Below, piece by piece: positions 24,395-38,579 of a stretch of DNA of 64,000 bases. The stretch comes from Chiloscyllium plagiosum. Lineage: Eukaryota. Each line of letters starts with the position of its first letter. Position 1 is the first letter of the stretch. The DNA is taken from positions 5,384,154 through 5,448,153 of the forward strand of contig NC_057759.1 of assembly GCF_004010195.1 (NCBI RefSeq), read 5' to 3'. Under the pieces are notes generated by a model. The model was not told where the DNA came from and ran no database searches. It saw only the letters and a list, made by a program, of their open reading frames with translations. The translations under genes were made by a program, and so were the position numbers.

Positions 24395-25519
24395 CACAGC
24401 GAGAAATCAGAATGGAGTGTTGCCTTCCTGAGCCAGGATTAAGGGTGTCTCGGTGAGAGTGCAGAATATTCTCAGAGGAGAGAGGGACTAGAAGGAGGTC
24501 ATTGTGCACATTGGAACTAATGACATAGAAAGATGAGACTGGAGGGAGAATATTGGAAATTTGGCAGGAATTTAAAAAGGAGGTCCTCGAAGTTAGTACG
24601 AGCTAGTGAGCTAGTGAAGGTAGGAATAGGAGAATAGATCAGATTAATGTGTGGCTGAGGAGCTAGTGCATGGGAGAAGGGTTCACATTATTGGGTCTTT
24701 GGAATCTCTTCTGGTGTAGAAGTACCTGCATAAGAAGGACAGATTGCACCTGAATTGAAATGTGACTAATACAATGGCAGGGATATTTGCAAGAGCTGCT
24801 GGGGAGGATGAAAAGGAGTAAGGTGGGGTGGGACCAAGAAGATAGTGAGGGAAGAGATCAATCTGGGAAAAGGAGCCATTCAAACAGTTAGGGCAGGCAG
24901 GAACAAAGCAGTGATTGAGGTAAGACTGATAAATTAAACTGCATTTGTTTCAATGCAAGAGGCCTAACAGGTAAGGCAGATGAACTCCAGGCATTTTAGG
25001 AACATGGGACTTGCATATCATAGCAATTACAAAGATGTGGTTCGGAGATGCACAGGACTGGCAGCTTAATATTCCAGGATACAAATGGTATAGGAGGGAT
25101 AGAAAGTGGGGCGAGAGAAAGGGGGTTTGGCGTTTTGAGAAGGAATAACACTACAGCAGTACTGAGTGAGGACATTCCTGGGAAGACATTCAGGAAAGTT
25201 ACATCAAAATAAATTAGTTGGGTGGAAATGAGAAATAAGAAAGAGATGATCACCTAATTGGGATTGTATTATCAGCCCCCCACTCGTCAGTGAGAAATTG
25301 AAAAACAAAGTTGTAAGGAGATCACACTTAACTGTAAAAATAATAAGGTGGTATTGGTTGGTGATTTTAACTTTCCAAACATAGACTGGGGCTCCCATCA
25401 TGCTAAGGGTTTAGATGGAGACGAATTTGCTAATTGAGTGCAAGAAAATTTTCTGATTCTTGTAGGTGGATGTACCTACTAGAGAAGGTGCAAGATTTGA
25501 CCTACTCTTGGGAAGTAAG
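24395..25519 (+). mobile_element. CR1-clade LINE fragment (ORF1 end and start of the ORF2 endonuclease)
   Basis: Decayed VIVHIGTNDI-, FNARGL-, IAITKMW- and VGDFNFPNIDW-like codons; interrupted by the Penelope element. Confidence 0.7.
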
Positions 25520-28062
25520 TTAAAAATTACACAACACCAGGTTATAGTCCAATTGGAAGCAATGCTCCTTCATCAGGTGATTGTGGAGGGCTCGATCGAT
25601 ACACAGAATTTATCGCAAAAATTTGCAGTGTGATGTAACTGAAATTATACATTGAAAAATTGATTGTCTGTTAAGCTTTTCATCTGTTAGAATACAGTGA
25701 TAGTTTCACTTCTTTCATGTGAAAATCACAAAACCCTGTTTTTTAAAGTTGAATTCTCGGGTTAGCTGTTAACAATGGTGATAGCTAGACAATATGTTGA
25801 AGGTATTAGCTCCCTGTGTTCTCTGTCTATGACCTGATGTTTAGATTGATTCTAATCTAAAAAGTGAGATCAGAGTTCTACATGAATGTATGCCGTTTTT
25901 GAGCAAAGTGCAATGTAACTCTGCAAGTATAAATTCACCACACAAAATATATGTGTGCATGTGGGTCTTTGTCTGTCTGTGTGTGTGTGTGTCTGTCTGG
26001 GGTGGGGGTTGTGAGTGTGAGAAAGTGTGTGTGTGTTCCTCAGGATTCATTGTAACAGTGCTGAGACAATCTCTACATGTATCATTGAAATACGATCAAA
26101 TGAAATTTGATATTGTTATGATTCATTGGGACAGTGCAATGAAATAAAAACCCTATTCATCCGTTGTCGTAGCCTTTGCTCGGTTTCCCCAATGTACCAT
26201 GCCTCTGGGCATCCCTGCCTGCAATGTATAAGATAGACAATGTTGGCTGAGTCACATGAGTACTTGCCATGTACAAGGTGGGAGGTGTTCCCATGCATAA
26301 TAGTGGTATCTATGTCCACAATCTGACACGTCTTGCAGTGTCCACCGTGACAGGGTTGAATGGAGTTGTCCTGAGAGCCGGGCAGTTTGCTACGAACAAT
26401 GATCTGTTTTAGGTTTGGTGGTTGTTTAAAGGCAAGTCGTGGAGGTGTGGGGAAGGTCTTGGTGAGGTGCTCATCCTCATTGATAATGTGTTGCAGGTCA
26501 CGAAGAACATGGCGTAATTTTTCAGCCCCTGGGAAGTACTGAACAACGAAAGGTACCCTGTCAATTGCAGCCCGTGTCTGTCTCCTGAGGAGGTCATTAC
26601 GGTTCCTTGCTGTGGCATGTCGGAACTGGCGGTCGATGAGTTGAACATGGTACCCCGTTCTTGTGAGGGCATCCTTGAGTACTTCCAGGTGTCCGTCACG
26701 TTCCTCCTCATCTGAGCAGATCCGGTGTATGCATAGGGCTTGTCTATAGGGAATGGCTGTTTTAATATGTTTTGGGTGGAAGCTGGAGAAGTGTAGCATT
26801 GTGAGGTTGTATGTGGGTTTGCGGTAGAGTGTGGTGCTGAGGTATCCGTCTTTGATGGAGACGCACGTGTCCAAGAATGAGACAGACAGTCGAGAGTAGT
26901 CCATGGTGAGTTTGATGGTGGGATGAAACTTGTTGATGTCACTGTGTAGTTGTATTAGTGACTCCTCGCCATGGGTCCAGAGGAAGAAAATGTCATCAAT
27001 GCACCTGGTGTACAATGTCGGTTGGAGATCCTGCATTGAGAAGAAATCTTGTTTGAACCTGTGCATAAAAATGTTGGCATATTGGGGTGCAAATTTGGTC
27101 CCCATGGCTGTTCCATGTGTCTGGATGAAGAATTGGTTGTCAAAGGTTATGATCGAGCATAAAGCGGATGAGTTGTAGGATGGTGTTTGGAGACTGGCAG
27201 TTATTGGTGTTGAGTACTGAGGCTGTTGCTACGATGCCATGGGGATGCTGGTGTAGAGTGCGGAAAAGTCCATTGTGACTAGGAATGTTCCCAGTTCGAC
27301 TGGTCCGTGGGTGCTGAGTTTCTGTAAGAAATCCGTAGTGTCGCGACAGAAGCTGGAGATCCCCTGTACAATAGGTTTCAAGATGCCTTCCACACAGCCG
27401 GAGAGATTCTCACATAGGGTCCCATTGCCCGACACAATGGGACGTCCCGGTGTGTTGGCTTTGTGTACCTTTGGAAGGCAGTAGAAGTCGCCTACATGAG
27501 AAGTACGTAGGATGAGGGCGCACAGGGAACTCTGAAGGACTGGATCCAAAGTTCTGATCAGTGTGTTTAATTCTCGGGTGTGATCTTTGGTCGGATCAGC
27601 TGGTAGTTGCCTGTAGTGTTCTTGGTTGTTCAGTTGTCGGTACACTTCCTGTTCTATTCTGAATGACAATGGCTCCTCCTTTATCTGTTGGTTTGATGAC
27701 AATGTTGTGATTGGTTTTGAGAGCCTGGATGGCATTGCGTTGGGAACGGGTGATGTTTTGCTCTATCTTGTGGGTACGGCTGATGAATCTGTCATTTATA
27801 TATTTCCTGACAGTTTGAGCATACATGTCAAGCCCAGGGCAGCGGCCCTCCGGTGGGGTCCATGCTGACACCTTCTTTGGTCGCTCCTCTACAGATCCCT
27901 GTGATGACTGTTCTTGTTCATCAGTGGGCTTAGTGGGATCACTGCCGGCACCTTGAAAGAATTCCCGGAGTCTCATTGGTCTGATGAACTCCTCTGTGTC
28001 TGCTGCCAGAACCAACGGGTCCATTTTGGTGGTGGGGCAGAAGTTGAGACCCCTGCTCAGGA
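25520..28062 (-). mobile_element. Penelope-like retroelement (RT + GIY-YIG endonuclease), disrupted
   Basis: Consecutive frames: LSRGLNFCPT..., IKPTDKGGAIVI, FYCLPKVHK...PGRPIVSG, LVTMDFSALYTSIP, AMGTKFAPQYANIFM, RCIDDIFFLW (YIDD changed to CIDD), TTLYRKPT, then CDSANIVYLIHC...YIGETEQRLRQRM. Inserted within CR1 sequence. Confidence 0.92.
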
Positions 28063-28119
28063 AATAAGGCAGGGCAAGTGACTGAAATGTCAGTGGGGGA
28101 GAACTTAGGGCCAAGTGAC

Positions 28120-28412
28120 CGGGGATGGCTCAGTGGTTAGCGCTGCTGCCTCACAGCACCATATACCCGGTTCTGAATCCAGCCTCGGGTGACTGTGTGA
28201 AGTTTGCATGTTCTCCCTATTTCTGCATTGGTTTCCTCCAGGTGCTCCGGCTTCCTCCCACATTCAAAGATGTGTAGATTAGGTGAAGTGGCCATGCTAA
28301 ATTGCCTGTCGTGTTCAGGGATGTGTACGTTCAGTGCATTAGTCAGGGAAATGTAGAATAATAGGGCAGGGGAATGGGTCTGTTTGGATACTCTTTGGAG
28401 GGTTGGTGTAGA
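28120..28412 (+). mobile_element. Older HE1/V-SINE type SINE
   Basis: Diverged head and core. Confidence 0.75.
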
Positions 28413-28419
28413 TCTCGAA

Positions 28420-30525
28420 CTCTATTTGCATCATTGATAGTCGCCAGTGAGGTTCTGGAAGACTGGAGGTTGGCTAACGTGGTGCCACTATTTGAGAACG
28501 GTGGTAAGGAAAAGCCAAGGAAGTAAAGAGCGGTGAGCCTGACATCAGTGGTGGACAAGTAGTTGGAAGGAATCCTAAGGGACAGGATTTATATTTATTT
28601 GGAAAGGGAATGACTGATCAGGAGTAGTCAACATGGCTTTGTGCGTGGGAAGTCATGTCTTACTAAATTGATTGAGTTAAAATTCACACAACACCAGGTT
28701 ATAGTCCAACAGGTTTATTTGGACCATGCTCACAGAATTTATAGCCAAAGGAATCCGGTGTCAGAGAGATGTGGTACAATACACAATTTTAGAATAAAAC
28801 TTCCATCTTTCATAATGGAATATGCTGGTTTCTGGTTTTGATAATTAAATTCCAGAAATTCTTTTAAATTACATTCTCAAGATAGCTCAGCTTTTTAAAC
28901 AACAGCTGTGAAGTCTGTTTGTGTCCCAATGTTATTTCAGACTGACAAACGCTGTCTATAGTTTTGTAGCGTTTTACATAGCTTCATACAGTTTTTGAGC
29001 AAAATAAAATGTAGTTCTTCAAAAAACATATTCTCCTGGTTTTGTGTGATTTGTAACTTTGTGCACACCAGTCCAACACTGGCATCTCCAATTCATAACT
29101 TGATTGAGTTTTTTTGGAAGAAGTAACAAAGAGGATTTATGAGAGAAGAGTGACGGACTTGATCTCTATGGACCGCAGTAAGGTGTTCGACAAGTTTCTT
29201 TGCGTTGGACTAGTTAGCAAAGATAGATCACACGGAATAGAGGGAGAAGTAGCCATTTGAACACAGAACTGGCTTGAAGGTAGATGGTAGAGAGTCATGG
29301 TGGAGGGTTGCTTTTCAGACTGGAGGCCTGTGACCAGTGGTGTGCTGGGTTCTCTGCTTTTCATTGTTTATATAAATGATTTGGATATGAACATAGGATA
29401 TATGGTTAGTAACTTTGCAGATGATACCAAATTGGAAGTGTAGTGGACAGCGAAGAAGGTTATCTCAGAGTACAAGGGGATCTTGACCAGATGGGTGAAT
29501 GGGCCGAGGAGTGGCAGATGGAGTTTAATTTAGATAAATAAAGGTGCTGCATTTTGGAAAGGTAAATCAGGGTAGGGCTTATACACTTAGTGGTAAAGTC
29601 CTGGGGAGTATTTCTGAACAATAAGACCTTGGAGTGCAGGTTCGTATTTCCTTGCAAGTCTTGCTGAAGGTAGATAGAATAGTGAAGAAGGAGTTTGGTA
29701 TGCTTTAATTTTTGGTCAAAGCATTGACTGTAGGAGAAAGTGCAGCTGCTGGAGATCACATTCTAAAACTGGGACACTGGAAAATCACAGCAAGTCAGAT
29801 CATTTGAGGAGCAGGAGAGTTGATGTGATGGGCATAAGCCCTTCATCAGGAATGTCATTCCTGATGAAGGGCTTATGCTTGAAATATTGACTCTCCTGCT
29901 CCTCTGTTGCTACCTAACCTGCTGCGCTTTTCTAGCGCCACACATTGAACATAGGAGTTCAGAGATCATGTTGAGGACATTGGTTTGGCCACTTTTGGAA
30001 TATTGATTGCAATTCTGGTGTCCCCACTCAAGAAGGCTGTGTAGCTTGAGAGGTTTCAGAAAAGATTGACAAAGATGTTGCCATGGTTGAAGGGTTTGAG
30101 CTGTAGGGAGAGGCTGGAGCTGTTTTCAGTTGAGCGTCGGAAGAGCAGGGGTGACCTTAGAGGTTTTGTTTTTAAATCATGAGGGGCATGGAAACTGTAA
30201 ATAAACATGGTCTTCTCCCTGGGATAGGGGAGTCCAGAACTAGAAGGCAGGGGTTTAAGCTGAGCAGAAAAAGATTTTAAAAGCATCTAAGGGAAAATTT
30301 TTTCACATAGATGATTGTGTATTTCTGGAATAAGTCACCAGAGGAAGTGGTGGAGGCTGGTATAATTACATTTAAAAGGCATGTAAATTGGTATATGACA
30401 GGAAGGGTTTAGAGGGATATGGGCCGAGTGCTAGCAAATTAGATTAGATTAATTTAGGATATCTTGTCAATATGGACAAGTTGGACAGAAGAGTCTGTTT
30501 CCGTACTGCACTATCTCTATGAATA
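28420..30525 (+). mobile_element. CR1-clade LINE ORF2 fragment with nested inserts
   Basis: Strong similarity to 22307-23575. Confidence 0.85.
29732..29945. mobile_element. Degenerate palindromic Penelope-derived insert in CR1
   Basis: gggcataagcccttcatcaggaatgtcattcctgatgaagggcttatgc at its centre. Confidence 0.7.
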
Positions 30526-31047
30526 TGACCTAGAAGCCAGTCAGTGAGCTATTTCAGTTCTGTATATTTGTGTCTCTCAGATATCAAGCTTGCAAAGTAA
30601 AGCAGACATTGCTGAAATGTTACATTGTCTCAGGCCTTTTCTGTAAACAAGTTCTGGGATTTATCTTCTGTCTCCCTTCCCTACCTCTGGGAGAAGAATT
30701 CACATTTTTTACAATACAGGAATGTATGAATGGAAAAGGTTTTTGTTATATTTGCACCTGTCCTTTCTCTCTCTTTCTCTAGGATCACGTGAAGATGTTA
30801 AACAACAGCTTTAAAGAGAAGACCTCCCGCCTTCTAAGCCACTAAGGGTTAGGAATGTGTTCACAGAATTTGGAATCAATCATGCTCTAGAGTGAGAGAG
30901 AAACCAGAAACCATTTCTCTGACATGAAGTGTCCATGTTAATTTGGTCCATTCTTTTCTTCAGTTGACGATGACAAATTAAGACAAATCATGCCTGCTAC
31001 CAGAAAAACTTCTATTCTTCACCAGCAAGGGCAGCAGAGTTCTGTGA

Positions 31048-31176
31048 CTAGCACCTCCGAATGTTCTGGTAGACAGATGATCCATTACCTCCCTGCCTTC
31101 CAGCACGCACATCTTGGTCCCTTGTCCTTTCAAGGTGCATTAACGACGCATAAGTTACGTGACTGTCAACCTCTCT
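31048..31176 (-). CDS. Terminal exon with ITIM (VTYASL) and distal tyrosine motif (SVYQNI), right copy
   Basis: Acceptor tctgttcccttgcag|AGA; reads REVDSHVTYASLMHLERTRDQDVRAGRQGGNGSSVYQNIRRC-TAG. Internal differences from the left copy are synonymous in this frame. Confidence 0.82.
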   Translation of the reverse strand, partial: REVDSHVTYASLMHLERTRDQDVRAGRQGGNGSSVYQNIRRC

Positions 31177-34100
31177 CTGCAAGGGAACAGACAATGTCTT
31201 AATCCAAGGCTCGTTGTATTTTTTTTACCATTTCTGTAATTGCACTTCAACAAAGGAGCTGAAGGACAGAGCAAATAGGAGCAGGAGTATGCCACCTGGT
31301 CCCTCCAGCCTGCTGCAATGGTATTGCCCAACTCAGACTCCCATTTCCCACTTTCTCCTTTAGTCCCAAGGTACTCTATCCCAATCTTCTTTGAACATTA
31401 TTTGATGGTCTCACCATGACCGCTTTCTGTGGTAGAGAATTCCACAGGCTCCCCACTTTCTGGGTGAAGACAGTTCTGCCCATCGCAGTCCTACACCGTT
31501 TCCTTTCGACTATGACCCATTTGTTTTTAACTCCTCCCCCTTAGCTCTGTTAGTGGGAAATTCCTTCCTACTTTTACCCTGTTAGAATTTATAGGTTTCC
31601 TCCACCCCAATTCTTCTAAACTCTAGTAAATATAATCCTAACTAATTCAGTCTCTCATCATCTGTCAGTCCTGCCATCTCAGGAATCAGTCTGAGGTAGT
31701 GAAGAAGACAGTTATTTAGTAAAAAGAAAATAGAGCGGGAACGAACCATTTAGCCCAAAGATTACAGGGCCTGGAGTCACATTCATACAGCACTGAAAAA
31801 GACCCTTCAGTCCAAACAGTCCACGCTGAACATAATCCAAAACTAAACTGGTTCCAACTGCCTGTCGTTGGTCATGACATTCCAAGTTTTTTTTTGTTAA
31901 TGATCTTATCTAAACAGCTTTTAAACATTGTGATTGTGTCCGTATCCACCATTTATTCTGAAAGTTCATTCCATACACAAACCACTTTATAAGAAAAATT
32001 GCCAGTTATGCCTTTGTAAAATCTTTCGCTTCACCTTAAAATGTCCTGTTTGTGAAAGCCTTCACCCCAGGGAAAAGAAATTTGTCATTAACCCTATCGA
32101 TACCCCACATTATTTTATAAACCTCTATAAAGTCACCTCCCAACTTCCTGTGCTCCAGTGAAAGAAGTTCCAGCTATCTAGCCTCTCCTTCTAACTCAAA
32201 TCTTCCATTCCCAACAGCATCCAGGTAAATCTCTTCCAAGCCCTCTCCAACTTAATAATATCCTCTCTAATAACAAGGAGAACTGGACACAGTACTCCAG
32301 AACAGGCCTCACCACTGTCCTGTTCAACCTCAATAGGGCATCCCAACTCCTATAATCACAAGTCTGAGCAATAAAGTCAAGCGTGCAAAATGCCTTCTTA
32401 ACCACCCTATCTGTGATGCAAACTTCAGAAAATTATGTACCCGAACCCTTAGGTTTTTCTGTTCCACAACACGCAGTCTTCCAAGACACTGAAGCTTTCC
32501 ATGAAGCTACTTAAAGTTCAGGATCATGGACCTTACTGTCAATCTTTAAAAGTGGCAACTTGTCTGTCCAACTGCATCACAATGTGGATCTGAACACCTT
32601 AATGATGAGTTAGAGCAGCAATAGAGAAAGAAAAGGAAGCCTATCCTGCACCAGATCCCACTACCTATACAGGGAATCTGCCAGTTCAATTGCATATAGA
32701 GCAACAGCAAAAATGTATTATCCTGAGTAGATGATATCCTTGCATTGAGGGACAGCTGATGACACTTTGGTGATGATTGGGCCTAGTTGCTACAAATGTC
32801 CTGATCTCAGTTGATAACAGAACACTTTGCGACATGGATTGGTCTGCAAAAAGTGTTAGTTGCATAAAGCTTGCAATAGCTGCAAAGATCAAATAGTCAT
32901 TGTCCACTCTTGTTTATATTTCTCAAGCCATGATCTCAGAGCCCTTATGGCTACTCCTTGCAGAGTGTCCACTCTTGCATTGCAGCCATCCAGTAAGATT
33001 ACACATTATGATAGGTATTCTGTTGACAGGTCTTTTGTCTGCAGTGGAACGCAAAGCATTACAGAATATGACTTAGGAAAGCCAGACTGAGTACAGATTT
33101 CCTTCAGTCAAGGTCATGATTTTTAAAAAAATATACACTTGTAGGATGCAGGTGTGACTGGCAGGGCTAACATTGATCACCCATCCCTAATTGCCAATAG
33201 GGCAGTTAAGAGTCAGCCGCATTGTTGTGTGTCTGGAGTTATATGTACGCCAGACTGGGTAAAGATGACAGATTTTCTTCCCGAAAGGACATTAGTACCC
33301 AGACGGTGCTCTCTCCTGTCAATGGTCCTCATTAGACTTTAAATCCAAGACTTTTATTGAACTCAAATTCACCCCTTCGCCATGGCAGGATTTGCACCTA
33401 GGTCACTGGAACATCACCTAGGAATCCAGATTTATAGTCTAGCATCAATACCATTCAGCCAGGACCTCCATTTGCTAGATCAGACAGCTAGTTGAGTGTT
33501 CATAACATGGTTCATTTGCTCAGATCCACTTTTAATGATTAACTAATGTATGACACAGAACCATATCTATTAAACTGATGTCAATACTTATTATTTAAAT
33601 GGTGAAAGACTGCAGAAAGCTGTGGACCTAAGGGTTTGGGAGTCCTGGTCCGAGAATCCCAAAACTGAAGCTAGCGGCCAAGTTAAGCAGGTCATGATAG
33701 CCTTTATTTCAAAGGGAATGGAATATAAAAGTCAGGAGATTTTGCTTAAACTATACAAGACACTCGATAGACCACATCTGTGATACAGTGATCAGTTTTG
33801 GGCCTCCGTATCTAAGGAGAGGTAGATTAGGCATTGGAGGCAGTCCCAAGAAGGTTCACTAAACTGATCCTGGGAATGGAGGGACTGTGTGTTTAGGAAG
33901 AGATTGCATAAGTCTAGCCTATCCTCATTTGGTGTTGAGAAGAAAGATGGGCGACCTTATTGAAGATTTTCAGATGACTTGACTTGAGGGGAGGTGCAGA
34001 GAGAGTTTGTTTCTCCATGTGTGTAAGAGTCTGGGACCAGAGGGATATCATTTCAGAATGTGGCAGTCCGAGGGAGGGGGAAAGGGGGTTTGTCGCCCAT

Positions 34101-35241
34101 TGAAGACAGAGGCGAGGAGGAATTTCTTCTTTTCAAGGGGAGAGAGTCTGTGGACTTTACTGCAGATGCTGGATGTCTTGGCTCGGTCGTAAAGTATGCA
34201 AAAGTGAGTACTGCAGATGCTGGAAACCAGAGTTTAGGTCAGAGTGGTACTGGAAAAACACAGCAGGTCAGGCAGCATCCGAGGAGCAGGAATATCAACT
34301 TTTCAGGCAAAAGCCCTTCAATTCCTGCTGAAGGGGATTTGCCCGAAATGTCGATCTTCCTGCTCCTCAGTCGTGAAGTATATTCAAGGCTGAGATTTTT
34401 AATCTGGAAGAGGAATTGAGGGTTATGGATGAAAGTGAAGTTGAGGATTATTAAATCAGCTGCATTCAGCAGAGCAGACTTTGCTGGTTGAATGGCCTAT
34501 TACCGCTCCTAAGTGTGATCATTTTATTGGACTTGGAGAGGGATAACGTGTCTAAGATATAGATGCTAAGTTGCAGGATCCCATAAGCACTGAGAAACCC
34601 AGGATGCTAGTCCACAGATCCCTGAAGGTGGCAGAACAGGCTAATAGTTAAGAAGGCCTTCAGGACACTTGCCTTTATCAGTTGGAACATAGATTATAAG
34701 AGCGGGTAGGTGATATCTGAGCTGGACAGGACTTTGGTCGGGCTACAGCTAGATCACTATAGGAAGGATGTGATTGCAGTGGAGGGGGTGCAGAGCTGAT
34801 TCACGGCAATATTGCCTGGGTGTCACATTTCAGTGATGTGGAGAGCTTGGATAAGCTCGGATTGTTCTGTTTGGAGCAGAGAAGGTTGAGGGGTGATCTG
34901 ATACAGGTGTAGTAGACTGTGACAGTCTCGTAGCTGTAAGGCACATTTCCAATGGGTAAAGGAATCCATAAGCAGGGGTCACAGATTCAAAGGTAAAAAA
35001 TGGATTTGCGGAGAAAATTGTTCGTCCAGTGGATGGTGGGCTACCTGGAACTCTCTGCCTCTGAAAGTGGGAGACGCAGAAACCCTCGTTATTCAAAGAA
35101 GTATTTAGATATACAACTGCATTGCTGTTGCCTCTGGGGATAAGGGTGAAAGCGCTGAAAAGTGAGAGTGTTGCTTTCAGATCTTTGCTGATAAGAACCC
35201 CTCCTTGTCCTGTAAAGGTCTATGAAATAACAAGAACTTAC

Positions 35242-35267
35242 TGATTCTCTTCTTGCCATGATATGAC
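35242..35267 (-). CDS. 26-nt cytoplasmic-tail micro-exon (right copy, in frame)
   Basis: Acceptor ggttgtttcttccag|GT, donor TCA|gtaagt. Phase 1 to phase 0, exactly what is needed to join the phase-1 upstream exons to the phase-0 terminal exon. Encodes HIMARRES. Confidence 0.65.
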
Positions 35268-38200
35268 CTGGAAGAAACAACCAGAAAACAATTGTAGTAC
35301 ACAGTAGGGCTAGGGATTGCATTTTCCACCTCCCTTGGCATTGTGTGTCAGTTCAGAAGATAGGTGCACGAGCAGAGGCGGCTGGGCAGTATATGTGGGT
35401 GGCAAGACAGGTGGAGGGCATGGTTACTAAAGCACACAGCATCCAAGAGCAGCAGGTGATGTTGAATTTGTACAAGGTGCTTGCTGGACATCAGCTAGAA
35501 TATGGCATGCAGTTGTGTTTGCCACATTATAGAAAATATATGAATGTATCTCAGTGAGTGAGAGAGCGCCAAAGCAGTTTTGATTTGATTTATTGTCGTC
35601 AGATGCACAGAAACAGTGAAAAGGTTTGTTTTGCATGCTCTACAGGCAGATCATCGCATACAAAGTGCACCAGGGCAGCAGAACAGACTGCAGAATACAG
35701 TGTTAAAGCTGTAAAGAAGGTGCAGAGAAGGAGATAAACATTAATATTTGAGAAGTCCGTTCAAAAGTATGGTAACAGCGGGGAAGAAGATATTCTTTTT
35801 CTGTTGGTATGTATATTCAAACACTTCTATCTTCTTCAGAGGTAATAGAGCATAACCAGGTTGGGAGGGCTGTATGAATATGTTGTCCACTTTCCCGATG
35901 CAGCAAGAAGTATGAGTGGAGTCAGTCAATGGAAAACTGGCTTGTGTGATAGATTTCCAAGAACCAGGTTCCAGGGAGGAGAAACTCCAACGATGAGGAT
36001 ACTGAAAGAAGTCAGGGACTGTACTCCCTTAGAGTGGAGAAGCAGAGAATGAGGGAGGTTTTCAAAATAGTTAGCAGGGGCAGGACAGAATTAATAGGGA
36101 GAAGCTGTTCCTGAACAAAAACGAGAATGGTGGTGGGGGTGTGGTGGTGGTGGCGGCTTGTAGATTTAAACTGATATGGAAACAAAGCAAGTTGGCAAAG
36201 AAACGTAAGGAATAAATCTTTTCACCCAGTTAGGGTGTAGAATGCACTGCCTGGAAATGTGTTGGAGGTAGATTCAATGGAGAAGGGTATTTGGACAGAA
36301 ATGGATTGCACAGGTATCTGGTAGGATTGGCATGAGGGGATACATTTCTGTCAAGCTGTGCAGAAAGAAGTTGGTTTCAGTCAGTGCCAACATACCCACA
36401 CCATCTGAATTAAACATTTGATTCGAAGTATCCTTGACAAAGCCGTTGTGTTAGGTGGAGATTTTTTTTTAGATTTAGTTACCTACACTGTGTAAACAGG
36501 CCCTTCAGCCCAACAAGTTCACAATGACCCTCCGAAGAGCAACCCACCCAGACCCATTCCCCTACACCTAACACTACGGGTAATTTAGCATGGCCAATAA
36601 CCTGCACATCTTTGGACTGTGGGAGGAAATCGCAGCACCCAGAGTAAACCCACACAGACACGGGAGAATGTGCAAACTCCACACAGACAGTTGCCCAAGG
36701 CAGGAATTGAACCTGGGTACCTGGCGCTGTGAAGCCAACCACTGCTAATCACCATGTTGCCCAATGTCGGGCTATATTATCTCATTGAAAGAATACAGCA
36801 CAGATTAAGGGAATTGTGAAGTTCAGTGAGGAATCCCATATCACATTGAACAGCAGAGCAGACAAGATGGGCTGAATGACCTATTTCAGCTTCTATGTGC
36901 AGCAAACCACCAACAGACTGGACCTACCATTTACTGCTCCCATCCCTAATTGTTCCCGAGGAAAGTTAGGCACCAACCATATCGCTGAGAGTCTGGAGTC
37001 ACATGCAGGATCAGACTAGGTAAGGAAGGAGATTTCTCTCCCTGAAGGAGACCAGTGAACCAGATGAATTTTCGTTCTGAGATACGTTATCACTGCTTCA
37101 CACTTTTTTTTAGATTAGATTACTTACAGTGTGGAAACAGGCCATTTGGCCCAAGTCCACACCGACCCACCAAAGCGCAACCCACCCAGACCCATTCCCC
37201 TACATTTACCCCTTCACCTAACACTAGGGCAATTTAACATAGCCAATTCACCTAACCTGCACATTTTTAGACTGTGGGAGGAAACCGGAGCATCTGGAGG
37301 AAACCCATGCAGACACGGGGAGAATGTGCAAACTCCACAGAGAGTCGCCTGAGGCGGTAATTGAACCCGGTTCTCTGGCGCTGAGAGGCAGCAGTGCTAA
37401 CCACTGTGCCAACGTGCCTGTTAGTAAGACAAAGTTAAAAATCTCACAGTACCAGGTTATAGTTCAACAGGTTTATTTGGAAATACATGTTTCCCAAGCA
37501 CTGCTCCTTTGTCAGGTAGCTAGAGGGGAGCTAGCTACCTGATGAAAGAACAGTGCTCCGAAAGACATTACTTTCAAATTATCCGATTGGATTATACTCT
37601 GATGTTATGAGATTTTTAACTTTGTCCACTTCAGTCCAACACTAGCATCATGTTAGTAAGATGATCGCTTACTTTGCAGGTGATGCAAAAATAGTTGGCA
37701 ATGCAAGTTGTGCGTGTGCCACGAAGATAGGGTTAAGTGAATGGGCAAGAAACCTTGAATATAACATGTAGAAATGTAAGGTGATGCAGGAAGAACAGAG
37801 GAGTTGAAGATTATTTAAATAGAGAAAGACTGCAGAAAGCTATGAGTCTGAGGGATTTTACAGTCCTCATCCATGAATCTCAAAAAAAACTAGTGTTTGA
37901 ATTCTGCAGGTGAGACCAGATCATTAGATATAGGAACAGAATTAGTCCCATTGGGTCTCCTCTGCCATTTTGCCATGGATAATATCATTCTCAATCCAAT
38001 CCTCCTGCTTTGTCCTGATAACCATTGATCCCCTTATTAATCAAAATCTGTCTTAAAGACACTTAATGACTGGGTCTCCACAGCCTTCCGTGACAGTGAG
38101 TTTCACAGATTGACCACCTTTTGGCTGAAGAAAGTAGTCCTCATCTCAGTTCTATAGGGTTGTCCCTTCACTTGAGATTGTGCCCTTGGGTCCTTGTTTC

Positions 38201-38579
38201 TGGGGGATGCCTGAGGACACTTGCTTCTCTTGATATGTTAATGATATGGATCATGCAGTGCAGGAGTCCAATTCCAAGTTTGCAATTGACATAAAACATG
38301 GGAAGAGCATTAACTGTGAAGAGAATGATGTGGAACTCTAAAAAGACATTGACAAGTTGATGGGAGTGGGTAAATTGGTGACAGGTCCAGTTCGATGTAG
38401 AGGCAAGTGTGAAGTAATGAAATTTGGTGAGTAGTACATTGAAAGACAGTATAAAACAGGGTACAACTCTGAAGGGGGGTGTATGAGCTGGGGGGGGTAT
38501 ATATGTGCACTGATCACTGAAGGCGATAGGTCAGAGGGACAGCAGTTAATAAAGCTCAGTATCCTCAACTTTATTAATT

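Noticed and set aside
26116..27105. 329-aa RT/GIY-YIG ORF as an active or domesticated gene
   Set aside because: Upstream frameshifts, YIDD changed to CIDD and a truncated endonuclease indicate a dead copy.
30755..30846. Strong plus-strand splice acceptor followed by a short open frame
   Set aside because: No partner exons or recognisable protein; a CT-rich tract can produce this by chance.
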